Positions 1 through 12,771 of a stretch of DNA of 64,000 bases are shown one piece after another. Both the position numbers and the translations under genes were made by a program. The DNA is from Marsupella aquatica (Eukaryota > Plantae > Marchantiophyta). The stretch covers positions 11,796,359-11,860,358 of the forward strand of contig OZ316893.1 in the NCBI GenBank assembly GCA_973895155.1. Direction: 5' to 3'. A model generated the notes under the pieces. That model searched no databases and was not told where the DNA came from. It was given only the letters and a program-made list of their open reading frames with translations. How positions within the stretch are numbered: the first letter of the stretch is position 1; every line of letters begins with the position of its first letter.

Positions 1-409
1 ACAAAGATAATGCACTTTCACTCCTCTCGGTAAAACACTACTGGATAAACTATTGGTTTGTTAGAACTTATAATAGCAGCTGCAAACTGAGCTCCAAAAT
101 AATAGGTTAAAAATTTCCTCGTGGATGGCTTGTCTAAAATATAGACTCTAATAAAGAAATGGGTTAAAAAGGGTAAGATTAAGGATATCTCTCTCTCTTG
201 GATTCATGGTGGTTTTCTTGTTCCTTTGCTATCCGGGCCAACGAACGCCCCACCTTTAAGTTTCCAAATAGACCTTATTCCCTAACGTCTCATCTAAAAG
301 TCTACCACTCATTCTTTTGCTATCCGGGCCAAATGACGCCCCACTACTATGTTCAAGATACGAAAAGCTTCACAATCGTGAATGATGAAAACTGAGGATT
401 GTTGGGAGA

Positions 410-735
410 GTGTCTCTCTCCACTTTATTTATAGTGTTCACCAAGAGGGCATGGATCAAGCCCAAACACTTGTATGAAGGCCAAGTGGCAACATATAAGG
501 TACATGAGTGTGCTAGTACTATAGCCAAAAGATAGTGGAGCAACTATACACTATACTATAGCTAGTGGAGTTATTGTAATCTATAGGTAGTGGAGCTATT
601 GTAGTCCATACACTGTAGGTAATGGAGCTATTGTAGTCCGTATCGTACACTGTAGCTAGTGGAGCTACTATAGTCCGTACACTATAGGTAGTGGAGTTAC
701 TATAGTCCGTACACTACAGCTAGTGGAGTTATTAA
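410..735 (-). repeat. LTR-like/promoter remnant with ~32-bp tandem array (TAGTGGAGCTATTGTAGTCCGTACACTGTAGC-like)
   Basis: Degenerate tandem units at ~535-735. 410-520 is an inverted homolog of ~4340-4475, including the TATA-like ACTATAAATAAAGTG. Confidence 0.55.
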
Positions 736-849
736 AGTCTAAATCTTATAATCTAACTACTAAACTACTTAACTTATATAATCTATAATCTATTAAAATA
801 AACAAATTTCTATATATTAAAATAAAATCACCATCGACAAGCCCATGAT

Positions 850-1110
850 CCTCCAATGTATGAATAGTTGACACAAAGAGATACATGATTAACCTCAACT
901 GAGGCTATGTCCATGGGAATACACAAGAAATTTACTGCACTCTAGGCCCATCAGCCATATTGGGTCTCTACAATGCAAGATCTCCCTATCTCTCAAATAG
1001 CTCTATATCAATGAGCCTAAGTTTTTTCTATCCAAGCAAACATTGTTTGGGATATAGTGGGCAACCTAGTTAACTTAACCTAGTCTGCAACTAAGTTCAA
1101 CCCTAACTAC
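850..1110. repeat. Dispersed repeat, probably an LTR-retrotransposon fragment
   Basis: Similar to ~30920-31175 (shared GACACAAAGAGATAC..., AATGAGCCT..., CAAACATTG..., AGTTAAC..AACC). Likewise 1-75 recurs at ~28628-28703. Confidence 0.6.
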
Positions 1111-1415
1111 GGTGAAATATAAGCCCTGTGAAATATAAGCCCTGGCCTTGACAGTAAGTGCATGGGTGAACGGAGAGAAAGAACTCATGGAAATAGGAGA
1201 ATGAATGTTTCCAATCTATGGCAGAGTCGACTGCCTGATTCAGTTTGGAGCAAGGAGAGAACTAAGCTAGGACTTAGAGAACTGAACTTGTTTGAAGGGA
1301 TCATGGCTTATTTGAAGGAAGTCTGGCTGGTGCTTCTGTTCAGACCAGCCCTCCATTCTCACAAAAATATCTCCCTTCCATGTGTTCCTCTCTCTACTGC
1401 CGGTTGACCTTGGTA

Positions 1416-1567
1416 GCATTCAATTCCTGAGTTCAAAGAGCAGCCATTCTAATTTCAGAAATATCTCTATGGACTTGATCCTGCATTCAATTCCTGAAGT
1501 CCAAAGAGCAGCCATTCTAATTTCAGAAATATATCTATGGACTTGATCCTGCATTCAATTCCTGAAG
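1416..1567. repeat. ~67-bp tandem duplication (about 2.2 copies)
   Basis: GCATTCAATTCCTGA..CAAAGAGCAGCCATTCTAATTTCAGAAATAT.TCTATGGACTTGATCCT repeated head to tail. Confidence 0.85.
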
Positions 1568-2879
1568 TTAAGGGCCACAGCTCAGATTTCTTGTCAATCA
1601 CCCTAGCTGAGGAAATGGTCTTCTAGCTGTCCACGGTTGCCACCTCAAAGTTCCCCTATAGAAGGTGCAAGTTGATTCCGCCTGAAGAGCCCCCTTGTTA
1701 GCAGTCGATGACTTCTCCTTTCTGTAAAATATTCTCTCTGATTCAGAAATTTCAATCTTCTCTATTAATTTCCCTTCCAGTCTTTGCTTTCCCTTCGATC
1801 TCCTCCTTTAATTTGTGCTCCAGAATTTCCTCTTCTAGTTCAGGTCTTCTGATTCTCCTTGAGCCCAGCATTCCAGCCCAGTTCTTCTTACTTGATTTGG
1901 TGGAGTATTGGCTCTCCATTCAGCTGCAGCGTTGAGCTCCATTCTCCCTTCAATTTCACTTTGATTTTTGCTCTATTGAATTCTGGGCTCGACACCTGGC
2001 CTTAGCTAGCTCTTTTACATTGTAACCCTGCCCTTTACAGATGTAAATTTGTCCACCACGTTTCTCTACGCAGTTGAATTACCCCTTTGTATGCACAAAG
2101 AACATTCCTCCCTTTAAGTCTCCCTTTAAGTGCTACTTATGGCATTTAACATTAGCCATCTTCGCCTATAGCTCAAAATTCACTCATAAGGAAAAAAATT
2201 ATTATGAACATACTCCTGGCTTTCCTAGCCCTAGGGCTTCCTAAAACAATTCTTAGAATTGATATATAACTAAACTTGGCTTTTTTATAATTGTTCAAAG
2301 TCTGCAATCCGTCATACCTCATAGCTACTTTTACAGAATTCGGACCACTCCCAAAAAGTATCTATAAGTCCAAAACTAGGTTTAGTAATTCTAAGGGATA
2401 TTGTTAGGTATAGTAACACCATGGCTAGCCTTCAAAATACATTTGTTGCTCTCTGGCTATTTTTCCTAGGTCCTGCAAGTTGGCTATTTTAAGTTTTGTT
2501 CCACTATAAATAGCTTCTAATTGAACAGTCGAAATGACTTGCACTTTTACAAGGGTTCTCCAGGGCCTGCCTAGAACCTTCAGAAAAAATCTCAGCCTAA
2601 ATTACAAACTCTAAGGATCTGATTACCTATCTAATCCACTAATCCACTGTTAAGTTAACCGTGGTTTAAACTAATAAAACTTTTTTACTCTGCTGTACTG
2701 AAGAGAGTTTACTTCAGCTTCACTTCTACTTCTCACTCATTTACAGGCATAATATGCTTACTTAGAACAAAAAAGAAAAAATCTAACCTAAAACTAATTT
2801 AACCCACTAATTGAGCAGCTCACAATACACAACTTGCCTAATAAATGATACCTAACGTTAGTGTGCTTCACTTTATTTT

Positions 2880-3440
2880 CCATCACCTGGTTTACAGCTC
2901 AAGGTGGAGCGCACTCTATTATTACAATGAAGCTTCACATTCCCCTATTGTAATCTCATTTCAATGATAAGTCTATCCAACCGAATTACTTCCACTATTG
3001 TAACATGCTCTATTTTTGTAGTAGACTACGCTAAGTATGCACTTTTGCAAAATAGATCTCCAACCTATGCATTCATTGCCAAGTGTGAACACATACCCTG
3101 TTGTTGATCTCTTTGATCTGATCCAAATCTTGTCCATAGTTAGAATCTACATAGTCAATCAATGATCTAGCATTTTTTGCATTTGCATCAAACAAATGAT
3201 ACACGATACCCTTCAAGTACCTGATAATCTATGTCAGTGCTTCCCAATGTACCTTCTATGAATTTGACATGAAATTGCTCACCTTGCCCATAGCCACATA
3301 CATGTGGCAAGATCAGGTCTAGTGCAAGTCATCAAATACATGAGACAACCTTCTCATAAGGAACCCTTGACATTATATAGCCCCTTTTCTGTCGCATCTA
3401 TAGGAAAGAAAGCTGAATGATGACAACTTGAAGTGTGCAG
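2880..3440 (-). pseudogene. Ty1/copia RT/RNase H remnant, downstream part
   Basis: The minus strand gives decayed copia motifs (AHFKLS..., VPY..., MTCTRPDL...) that directly continue the fragment at 9508-9730. Confidence 0.7.
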
Positions 3441-4094
3441 CAGTCGTGAAACGTGACTACCTTAACACTTAGCTCTGACATCACTGACTCTGACGCCGAG
3501 CTCCCTTATGGTCCAGGCCTGGAACGTCCATCCGGGGAGGACTCAAAATGGGGAGACTTATGGGCAATGGGGCGTGGCATTGGCGAAGGCAAGGCGCTAA
3601 GTCGGTGACACACATTAAGGACTTAGACTAGCTGACAGCTGGTCGAGTCAAGGAGAAAGGGCCGGACTCAAGGTCGATCGTCTGGACCCCTGAACAGACT
3701 TTAATTTCTGAGGGCTTGAGTGAGAGCACCTCTTGGGTCCAAGGCTAATGGAGTTTACTCCATGGGCAATGAACGCTTGGGGGATGAGTTACGGCCCGAT
3801 CTGGGTTTGGCCGATCGGGGGTCTCGGGCAAAGAGGGGATCTGGGGGCCTAGGCATGAGCACTGGGTTGGCCCGATCACAATGGGCTAAGGCACTCTGCT
3901 TACGGACGCCTAACTAGAAAGTTATGGGCATTGTCAATTGATGGCGCGCTGTCGTGGGGATTCCTTTTAGAAGGCAAGAATCCATATTATGTTATTTGAG
4001 TTTATGTGAAGAAGGTTTTACTTAAAAGCTTCATAGTAGTACTATTAGAGCATATATGCTACATTCTATATGTAGTATGTACATTTTACAATGG

Positions 4095-4345
4095 TACACA
4101 GTAGTTCCACCATTTACGCATAGTAGTTTTACAAACTAGATGCATAGTAATTCCACCAACTACGCATAGTAGTTGCACCAATTACGCATAGTATTTTCAC
4201 CAACTACGCATAGTAGTTGTACCAATTACGTATAGTAGTTTCACCAACTACACATAGTAGTTGCACCAATTACGTATAGTAGTTCCACCAATTACGCGTA
4301 ATAATTCCACCAACTACGCACGATAGTTCCACCAACTATGAATAG
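4095..4345 (+). repeat. 22-bp tandem minisatellite (TAGTAGTTCCACCAACTACGCA consensus, ~11 copies)
   Basis: Head-to-tail degenerate units with no unique spacers, followed by a TATA-bearing LTR-like segment at ~4340-4475. Confidence 0.9.
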
Positions 4346-5444
4346 TACTAGCACACTTATAGGTGCTTGATGCTTGCCACTTGGCTTCCATCCAAGGGTC
4401 AAGGCATCGATCCATGCCCTCTTGGAAAACACAAAGGGGCACTATAAATAAAGTGAAGAGGAGCACACTCTCCTCATTCGCATTTATTTGATCTATCGTG
4501 TTGGACTCGCAACACTGTAAGGAACTCTTCCCCTCTTGTGCACATGTCTTGTTTATTATTTACCTCCATGCTTGGGTACTAACTTGATTGTTAGCCTTAG
4601 AACTATTTTATATTTTATGTTTATTAGTCTTGAGATCAATTTAGTGTGCTTGTAATAAATAATATGATAAATGGAGTACCTAGAGTTTATCCTCCACCTG
4701 CTGTGCCATTTGTCAATCCTTTCTTAATTAGAATTCATTGTCTTAGCAAGCATACCATGAGAATGCATCTTCTTTATCATTTTGGGTTTGAGTTAATGGA
4801 AACAGTTATGAATAGCGATGCACCATTTGTATACCCGATTGTTGTTTATGGAAATGAATGGAATGTAACTATTTTTATTTTATATTAGATGGATTTTAAT
4901 AGACAATCCGTAAATATACCGGAGTTAGATTTGAATAGGCTTCCTAATAATGTGTCTGATTTTCCTTCATCTATTGACATTAGAGTGGTATGCCGTAAGA
5001 AGGTTGATTGTAGAGATGTTTTAGTTAGAAAGTATGGAGATGAAAGATACAATGTTATGCTTAGGATGCCAGAGCCTGTGATTATATCATCTATGGTAAA
5101 TCTTAAGATCATAGTCTTTGTTTTCTATAATTGACTTATCTAATTGTAGGATTCGTTGGAAATTGCAATCTATGACTTGACTTGGGAAGTAAGTTATGTG
5201 GAAAGAGGATAGGCTGATTCGAGGCTTAGTGTGAGGAAGCCGCTCATCATAGAGTGGGACAGAGGCTGTGAGAGATATTTTAGAGGATAACGGTGAGAGA
5301 AATTGATCGACAAAGGGGATCGCAAGGGTAATGTGAGGTGAGAAAAGACGTATTTTGGAAAGGTTTCTTCCAAGATAGGAAAAACAAGAGCTCGGTGCTT
5401 CCCAAGAACTAAAGATTCCCCCGACAGCGCCCAGGCATGTGGGT

Positions 5445-5545
5445 TGGGGTCCAGGTGGGGGGCCAAAATTTGGGGACCAAAGTTGGTCCGGGGGTGGCAG
5501 GTCTCCAAAAGCATATATGAGGGGAGTGGTGTCTCCCTGGGTGCT
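5445..5545 (+). repeat. GC-rich dispersed repeat, inverted homolog at ~56280-56360
   Basis: GGTGGGGGGCCAAAATTTGGGGACCAAAGTTGGTCCGGGGGTGGCAGGTCTCC...ATATATGAGGGGA matches the reverse complement of ~56290-56358. Confidence 0.7.
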
Positions 5546-8500
5546 AAGGGCAAGCCAAAGTCGTGGGCCACGGCGGTCGCGACACAAAGGGAAAGCGCCA
5601 AATGCAAACGACAATATATTCCCAACGGGAAGTCCGTTGGAGGATTTCTTGGGTGCATTGGAAAATTCTCAAGGAGGGCTACATCCTATAGAGCTCAGCT
5701 GGGTCTAGGGATGCCATAAGTTCTTGGGGTTTGTAGGGGGCTATCTTGCCCACTTGCCAAATCCTATCCAAATAGCAGCCAAGCCGCGGTTAGTCTCTAA
5801 ATGGAGCTTACATTGGGGAGGCAAGGCCAAGTAGGCATGAAGGTTGAGTTCCAAGGGCACTTGGTTCCTAGACCATCAGTGGGGCAAGAACCGGGAGTTG
5901 GTTGCTAGAGTTTGGGCCATTCTGGTCCCGGTGTCCCTAAAACTAATGATTCTGCGAGTTCCCCAGTATGGTCGCCACTTATGTCCGGGGACCAGTTTAA
6001 AGCGGTATAAAAGAAGACTTTTAATGTTTTAGGGACTCAGATTTATCATAGTATTTTCTTAGGTTGGTTTAGTTTTCTTAATCCTAATCAGTTTCCATTT
6101 TTAATACGAAATTATACTAAATTATTCTTACTTTTAAAACGCTAAGCCTTCACTTTCAACTAAATTCAACTCATCATTTTCTTCTCCACATCAACCAAGC
6201 ATTTTAATCATAATAGCATCTCATTATTACCATCACAACAAAAGAATCCAAACTCATCATTTCATTTCATTTATTCTCAAAATATGAAGTTTGGGTTTGG
6301 GTTTACAAAAGTGTTTTTTTGGTGGCTCATCTCCTAACTCAGGTCTCCTCACTAAACTTAGCTCAGATCTTCAGGTCAGGTCTTGGCTTCAAGCTCATCG
6401 ATGGTTTCCCCCAAGCATGTTGGACACAATTTTAGTCTCCGCCGAGCTTCCTTCATGTCATCGTTCCTCTTACACTCTTCTTCTTGACCCTTCTTCTTTC
6501 TCTCCTCGAGTTTCCAGTCCCACAACAAAAAAAACTTACGGCCGCTATCCTCGTACCCCATGGCAGCGGACTATCCCTAGCCTAAAGATAGACCCAATCA
6601 CCGGGTTTGACTCGTCGAATGTAGTCAACTTCCTTATCTTAAATTCACAACACAACATCAAATATAAGATGGTCTGGGTGATCCATAATTCAAGTTGGAA
6701 TTTTTTAATTAACTCCATGAACGGCTCATACTTTCCCTTCTTTGACCTCATACTTTAAGTCAAAACCAGTTCCTTCCGAATGCCACAATAGTCTCATGTC
6801 CCTTCGCCCAGCTTTGATTTCTTGTTGGGATCATTCATGCAATTACAAGGATCTTCTTAGCACCACCACTTCTCGTTCAATTGTCTTCTCAAAGGTCCTC
6901 AAGTTCACGAGCGAATACCCACCTCCTTTCTTTTCCCGTGAGCTTTCACACAAAAATAAAACCTGCTCTCGGCTGTAAACCCCTTTTCTTCCTTATCTCT
7001 TCCTGTGCAGCCTTAGCTTTTCTCCACTTTGACGTTTGCCTTGTTTATCCTCCATCGTCACAACTCATTCACATTTTACGACATTCTCTGAAGACCTTCC
7101 CCGATCGCGCATACTCATTCACATCTCCATCTTTCCTTAATACTCCAAGTCATTTGGTTTCAATTCTTATCAAAGGGAATTTACAGTTTGACATCTGTCA
7201 CCCAAAAATCTCCATTTAAGCTCTTTTCATTCAGCAGCATGTCACTTCATCAATATCTTCTCAAAAATCTCACACGTCATTATATCAACGATCGGCCGTT
7301 ACTCTCACTTATCATCAGGGCTCGGGGGGTTAACTAAGTGTATATTTTGGGGTACCACGTGAAATCCTAGCCTAATATAAATAGACCTATTTTATAAAGA
7401 AAATATTCCAAGAATATTCTCTATTTTCAATATTAATAACCTATTTTACTTTATAAAGGGTATATATTAAAGAATATTCTATAAACACAAGTTTATAATA
7501 CCTTCTTTTGCCTCCAACGCTTTTTAAAAATTTAGTTAAAATCTGTCAAAAATACCTATTTTGGATCGCACGTGGTTCCTAAGATTTTTGATAGTCAACC
7601 CCCCGAGCATCAGGGTCACCATGGCTTCAACCTTCTCGAGCATCTTCAGCTTTCTTCCAACTCAACGCTCGTCTGGTTTATCCTCTGCCATCATAACTCG
7701 CTCTCGTAATTCAAATGTTTCCCTGAAGGCTCTCTTCGATCACGTTTACCACACTTAAGTGCAAAGCACCGGCAAAAATTTGTGTCTGTCCCTACTACTC
7801 CTCGTGTCGTAGCCCAAATTCTTTTTCAATCTTTAGCTTTTCCCTCCTTCACTCAAAAAAAAAATCTCCATAACAACCATGATCTTCTTGTTATCCCTTT
7901 CTCTAACCACAGCATCTCCTCTCCCTCATCTCAATCTTTTGAAAGTCCTTATCCCACAGCAATCACCATCTGCAACTTCACTCTCTTCACTCTAATTTTA
8001 ATCGCTCGGCTCAGCCTTCCCCTGGAAATCCAAGACCTCTACACAACATCCACCTTCCGTTGAATCTCATCCCTTTTTTTTCCAAGCTCTCAAGCGCGCC
8101 TCATTTCCCATTTCTCTGTCTTCATGTCTCACTCCGCTCCTCAAAATGTGCTTCCGTCCTTCAGTCTTTCTTCTTCTCCTTCTTTTTCTCTTGCAGCGGA
8201 TAGAAGTTGGTCGGTGCCCAAAACAAGTTTATCAAAACCAGCAGACCAAATCGAGTGAGTGATGTGCGTATCAAGCACGACTGGAATCTCATCAGGCCTC
8301 CTCAATTCTTTGCTTCTGCTCACAAGCTTTCCCCGTTCAATGAATTCCTTGGTCCCTGATCCTCTCGAAAATGCTTATCTACGCCCGGTCGTCACCTTGT
8401 TTCCATTCAATTTCCCTCATGATCTTTCCATCCGCTCCAACTTGCTTCCTTTAAATTTCTTTCAGCTTCCCGCCCTCCCATCGCTCATCTCCCCTTCTTT

Positions 8501-9507
8501 TCGCTCCAACAATTGGCCATTTGTTCTTTTCTCACTCCAATTTGTATCGAAAGCTCCAATTTTCTATTTTCCTCTTTCACTTTCAAAATCCCCCCTTGTC
8601 AACCGCTTCACCACTCTATGTCACCTGAAAACCTCTTCGCCCTGTTCTTCCAAAGACAAGTTCAACAACAACCAACAACAAAATTGTACCCTCACAATCG
8701 GCTTCCTTCTTTTTCCCTCCCCAAACCCACATAGCACTCGCCACTCTTGTTTGATGTGCCTCTGAACTTCACTCTAACCTCCGCCTCAACTGCAACGTGC
8801 ACAATGTCCTTATGAAACTCAAATCTTCCCAGCCCGCCACGTGTCTCTTCCACAATAAAAGCCTCAAATTCCTTAAGTCTAAGCTTCACTTCTCTCTTTT
8901 TAATTCCTATTGTCTTATTGAACTTTTCCCACAACAACAAAACTCACACCCAAACTGAATCCCTTCCCCAAATATCTCCAACTCAAAAATAGGGCCTTCA
9001 CTTCCCTTCCCCTATTATTCATCCCGACGACACCGGTATGTTGGGACAAGCTACACTTTTTGGGCCATGAGCATGTCTTGGGGGCTGGGCGATCAATTGG
9101 TGATGGATAGGTAGAAGGGGGAACCCGAGCTACACCCAAGGAAGGAGTTGTTCTGAACAAATAGTGAGTGTCGGTTCTGGTTCCGACTTATGGCATTGGG
9201 AGGACCTATTGCTGACCTACTTAGCAATGTCTGTTGAACTTGAGTTAGGATATATGCTAGGCTTGGGAGATCTAGATCTTAAGGGGATACTTACTGAGAC
9301 CCTTGGTTGATTGTGCAGACAGTGAGGACCGTTGAGTAGCGGTCGTGTTAGAGAGCAAGTACGGCTTCGTATGGGAGGGGTCGCATGCGGTGTAAGGGAC
9401 ATTGGGTTGCTTGCTCAAGGTATTCCGTGGAGGCGTTTGGGCACCAGGGGCACTTAGGCGTGGGTGTTGGGATTGGTGAGGGTGTTGGGTGGCAAGGTCC
9501 ACCACTG

Positions 9508-9730
9508 CAGCCAAAGGGGTACTCATTGGCTTGCTATCCTCCATGTTGAACTTGACAATTATCTTCCTTGCATAACCATCTTGCATCAACCATAGCTTAC
9601 CAGCCTCCAAAATCCTCTCAACTAGCCTAAGTCTTTCATCTTTAACTTAGCACAAGGCAGTGCTTTGAGCTTAACAATCTCAGATCTATCATTGGCCGCA
9701 ATAAGCATGTCATCCACAATCATATTAAAA
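9508..9730 (-). pseudogene. Ty1/copia RT remnant, upstream part
   Basis: VDDMLIAANDRSEIVKLK and GKLWLMQDGYARKIIVKFNMEDSKPMSTPLAA are typical copia RVT_2 sequence. Confidence 0.8.
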
Positions 9731-9779
9731 CACTAAAACAATGAATCCAAAGATAACATTTTCATTAGTTTTAGATCCA

Positions 9780-10150
9780 GGTTTTTGCATCAAACCCCTA
9801 ATACACAAGGGTAGCACTTGCTACATCATAACATGGTAATCATGAGTTTTCATGTACTACCAAGTTTTTTGTCCTTCACATGCTTTTTGAAGGCACCAAC
9901 ATAGTTTGAGGGCACTCTCAAAGAACTTAATCTTGCAAGAAAAATCTTTCACTCTAAATCTGAGCAAACATAAGGTGCTTGAACTTCAAGAGTAAATTAG
10001 CCTTGTTTGGATGAGGTTATAACCAAAGTTATGGCCTTAAGCCTTTTTCTTCAAGATCCAATATCACTCCCCCTGTGTCTTTCTCACCCGAATTTTTTTT
10101 AGTAAACTCTCACAGACATTATTCTCAATGTGCATCAAATCCACATTTGT
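9780..10150 (-). pseudogene. CACTA/En-Spm transposase (Tnp2/TnpD) remnant, downstream exon
   Basis: The minus strand encodes VDLMHIENNVCESLL and MKTHDYHVMM*QVLPLCIRGLM, matching the conserved CACTA motifs DxMHIEKN and KSHDCH. Confidence 0.8.
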
Positions 10151-12429
10151 TTTTGCTTGGATCAAATTCTTGCAAGTCAGATCACAACACAATATTCAGT
10201 ATATGCTTGGTTATCATAACCAGGAACTTAAAATACAAAGGTGGAATGAGCTGAAGACAGACCTCCCTCGGGGTAATTGGATTCTTGGCGGAGATTTTAA
10301 CATGAAGAAAATGAGAGAAGATTCGATGGGTATCTCCCCTATGACCAGGGGAGGAGAAGTGAAACTATGGAGATTCTTGAAGGTCAGGCTTGACTTGGCT
10401 GATGCATTTTTAATCAAAGAGGAAGCTTCTGGAGCTCGATTCATGTGGAGGCGATGCAAGAATAATGTGATGGTGCAGTCTAGACTCGACAGATTTTACA
10501 TCAGCAAAAAGGGGGAGTGGCTAGGAAAGCTGACGGAATTGATACATGATGGAGGCTCAGCCCTCTCGGATCATGATCCAGTGATTTTAACCCTTCAATT
10601 AGGTAATGCGGACGGTGGTTTCACACACTCACGGGTGGTGTGGTTAAAGCAAATCCAGCGATGGTTGGAAAAGAGGAAACTTGGAAGAGCTAGAAGCAGC
10701 ATGGCAACAAGGTAAAGGAGAGTGCTCCAAACCCTTGCTAGATTTTGATAAGGCTAATTATAGTCTGAGGAAGGATGTACAGGCAGAAGCAAAGTTCCCC
10801 TAAAGATCAAGAGCAGGATCGAGAGGAAAAAATGTTAATGCTTCGCAACCAACTACGTGCGCTTAAAATAATTATATTAGAGGAGGCAGTTTTTAGTGAA
10901 TACATCAATGTGGAGGACCATCTACACGCGGCTGAATTGGAAGAGGCGCACATTGGGAGGCGTCTGGCCAAAATAAAGTGGTTAGGAGAAGGTGAGGAGC
11001 CGACCAAAGTTTACTTTGCAACGGTGAAAGCAAAGCACTGCAGAGAAGCAATGAAATCTCTGATTATTGAGGGGGGGATCGAGATCACGGACCCTAGGCT
11101 GATTCTATAAGAAGTTGTTCAGTAGTGTAAGCAGCTATACGCCCCTGTTGCCCCTACTGTGGCTGAACGCGGGGAGATGGTGTGTGCTCACAAAACGTTG
11201 CTAGCACACACCAGACACTATCGACTACGGACTTAACAAAGATGGAAAATCTCCCAGAATGCAAAGAAATCAAGGAGACTCTGTGGATGCTATCACCAGA
11301 CAAGACACCAAGTCCGAACGGGATGACAGGTGAAGTATACAGAGCATGTTGGGACTTCATTCATGAGGACCTGACTGCTATGATACATGTATTATGGCTG
11401 ACGGGCGAATTGGATTAAGGATGGGATCATTAAATTTATCCCTAAGAAGCCAGATAAACGGTTCTTGAAGGATTGGCGTCCTCTCACAATGTTGAATACA
11501 GTCTACAAACTCATAGCTAAGATCCTAGCCGCTTGGCTGAAGGCTGTCTTACCTAAGATGATAAATGCGCAACAGGCAGTGTTTATCCCTAGGCGAAACA
11601 TTCTGGAAAATATATCTCTTGCTTGGTTAATGTGTGATTGGGTGAAGAATAGGAAAGTAGAATCATTATTTCTCAAACTAGACTTTGAGAAGGCATTTGA
11701 TAGGGTCAACCATGACTACATGTGGCCCGAGACAATGCATTTACTGGGGATCAGTAGTCATTTTATTAAGTTAGTTCAAGCGCTACTTACAGAGGCCAGC
11801 TCACGAGCACTTGTGAATGGTCTGCTATCAAAATCAATTGGGTTGAACCGTGGTGTCAGGCAAGGATGTCCATTGTCTCCACTACTCTTTGTAATATCAA
11901 CTCAACCTCTAATGGACCTGATGGAGCCAGAGCTGCTAGCAGGGAGGTTACTAGGAATCAAGATCTCCAAGGAATTAATAATCTGTTGTAGATTTTTTGT
12001 GGACGACTTAGGTATGTTTATCCCTACAATAGAGAGGAGCTTTCATATGGCCAAAACAGTTCTGACTTGCTACAAAACTACCACAGGAGCCAATTGAACC
12101 TGAAAAAATTGGTGGTGATCCCACTAGCAATTTTGTCTATCCCACGCTGGCTGACAAATACAGGCTGTATAGCTAGCAAAAAAGGAGAGATGCAGAAATA
12201 TCTAGGTGCACCTCTGGGGCTGGATCTGAGAACAGATCAACATCGCAGGTCTATTTTGGACAAGATAGACGCAAGTCTCTCATCTTGGGCTAACAAATTG
12301 TTGTCATTTTTTGGAAGGGTTCTACTGGTTCGCCACATACTCTAGGCAATTCCAATTTATCACTCAATGTTTCTAAAAGCCTTAGAGGGGTTGGCGAAGA
12401 AACTGATTGCACTATGCAGGGATTTCCTA

Positions 12430-12760
12430 TGTCACACCATTCTAGGTAGTGTTAGAGTGTATCGTACTATCTAGATCCGTATGTTTGGTATGTGTGCTAT
12501 ATGACCCGATAAGGTTCCGTTAGGTTTGTGTGAGAGGGTACTTCTCACTTGTGAGGCATTGAAAGATAATCTTTCAATGTTGAGCCTTGGAGAGAGAGGA
12601 GCTTGAGTGTGGCTATGGTGGCTGTGAGCTCCGCTTGTGTAACGTGGATTCCTTGAGTAGTGCAAGGTGCGTTGGCTTGACATACGTGTGTGATTGGATC
12701 GGTGCGGGATCGATGGGGTATTGTTGACCAGGATTGTTGTGCCAATTGTTGAGGAGATTA
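12430..12760 (+). repeat. Terminal repeat A1 (331 bp)
   Basis: Same length as A2 (21435-21765), 12 mismatches by manual alignment. Confidence 0.95.
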
Positions 12761-12771
12761 CATTGAAAGAT
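12760..12771 (+). promoter_or_regulatory. Putative self-priming primer-binding site
   Basis: ACATTGAAAGAT, immediately after A1, is the exact reverse complement of ATCTTTCAATGT (12569-12580) inside A. No TGG-type tRNA PBS at this position. Confidence 0.7.

Larger units (their letters stand above)
3441..9507. mobile_element. ~6.07-kb insertion splitting the copia RT; imperfect TIRs and 3-bp TSD CAG (possible non-autonomous PIF/Harbinger-like composite)
   Basis: Flanks ...GAAGTGTGCAG | CAGCCAAAGG rejoin to copia STPLAAHFKLS. The ends are CAGTCGTGAA... and ...TCCACCACTG. No transposase recognised inside. Confidence 0.5.

Noticed and set aside
4095-4345. CRISPR-like periodic array
   Set aside because: Units are head to tail without unique spacers, there are no cas genes and the context is eukaryotic; it is a minisatellite.
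5087-9160. Several 80-175 aa ORFs
   Set aside because: They overlap on both strands, are low-complexity and have no recognisable domains; likely chance ORFs in repeat DNA.
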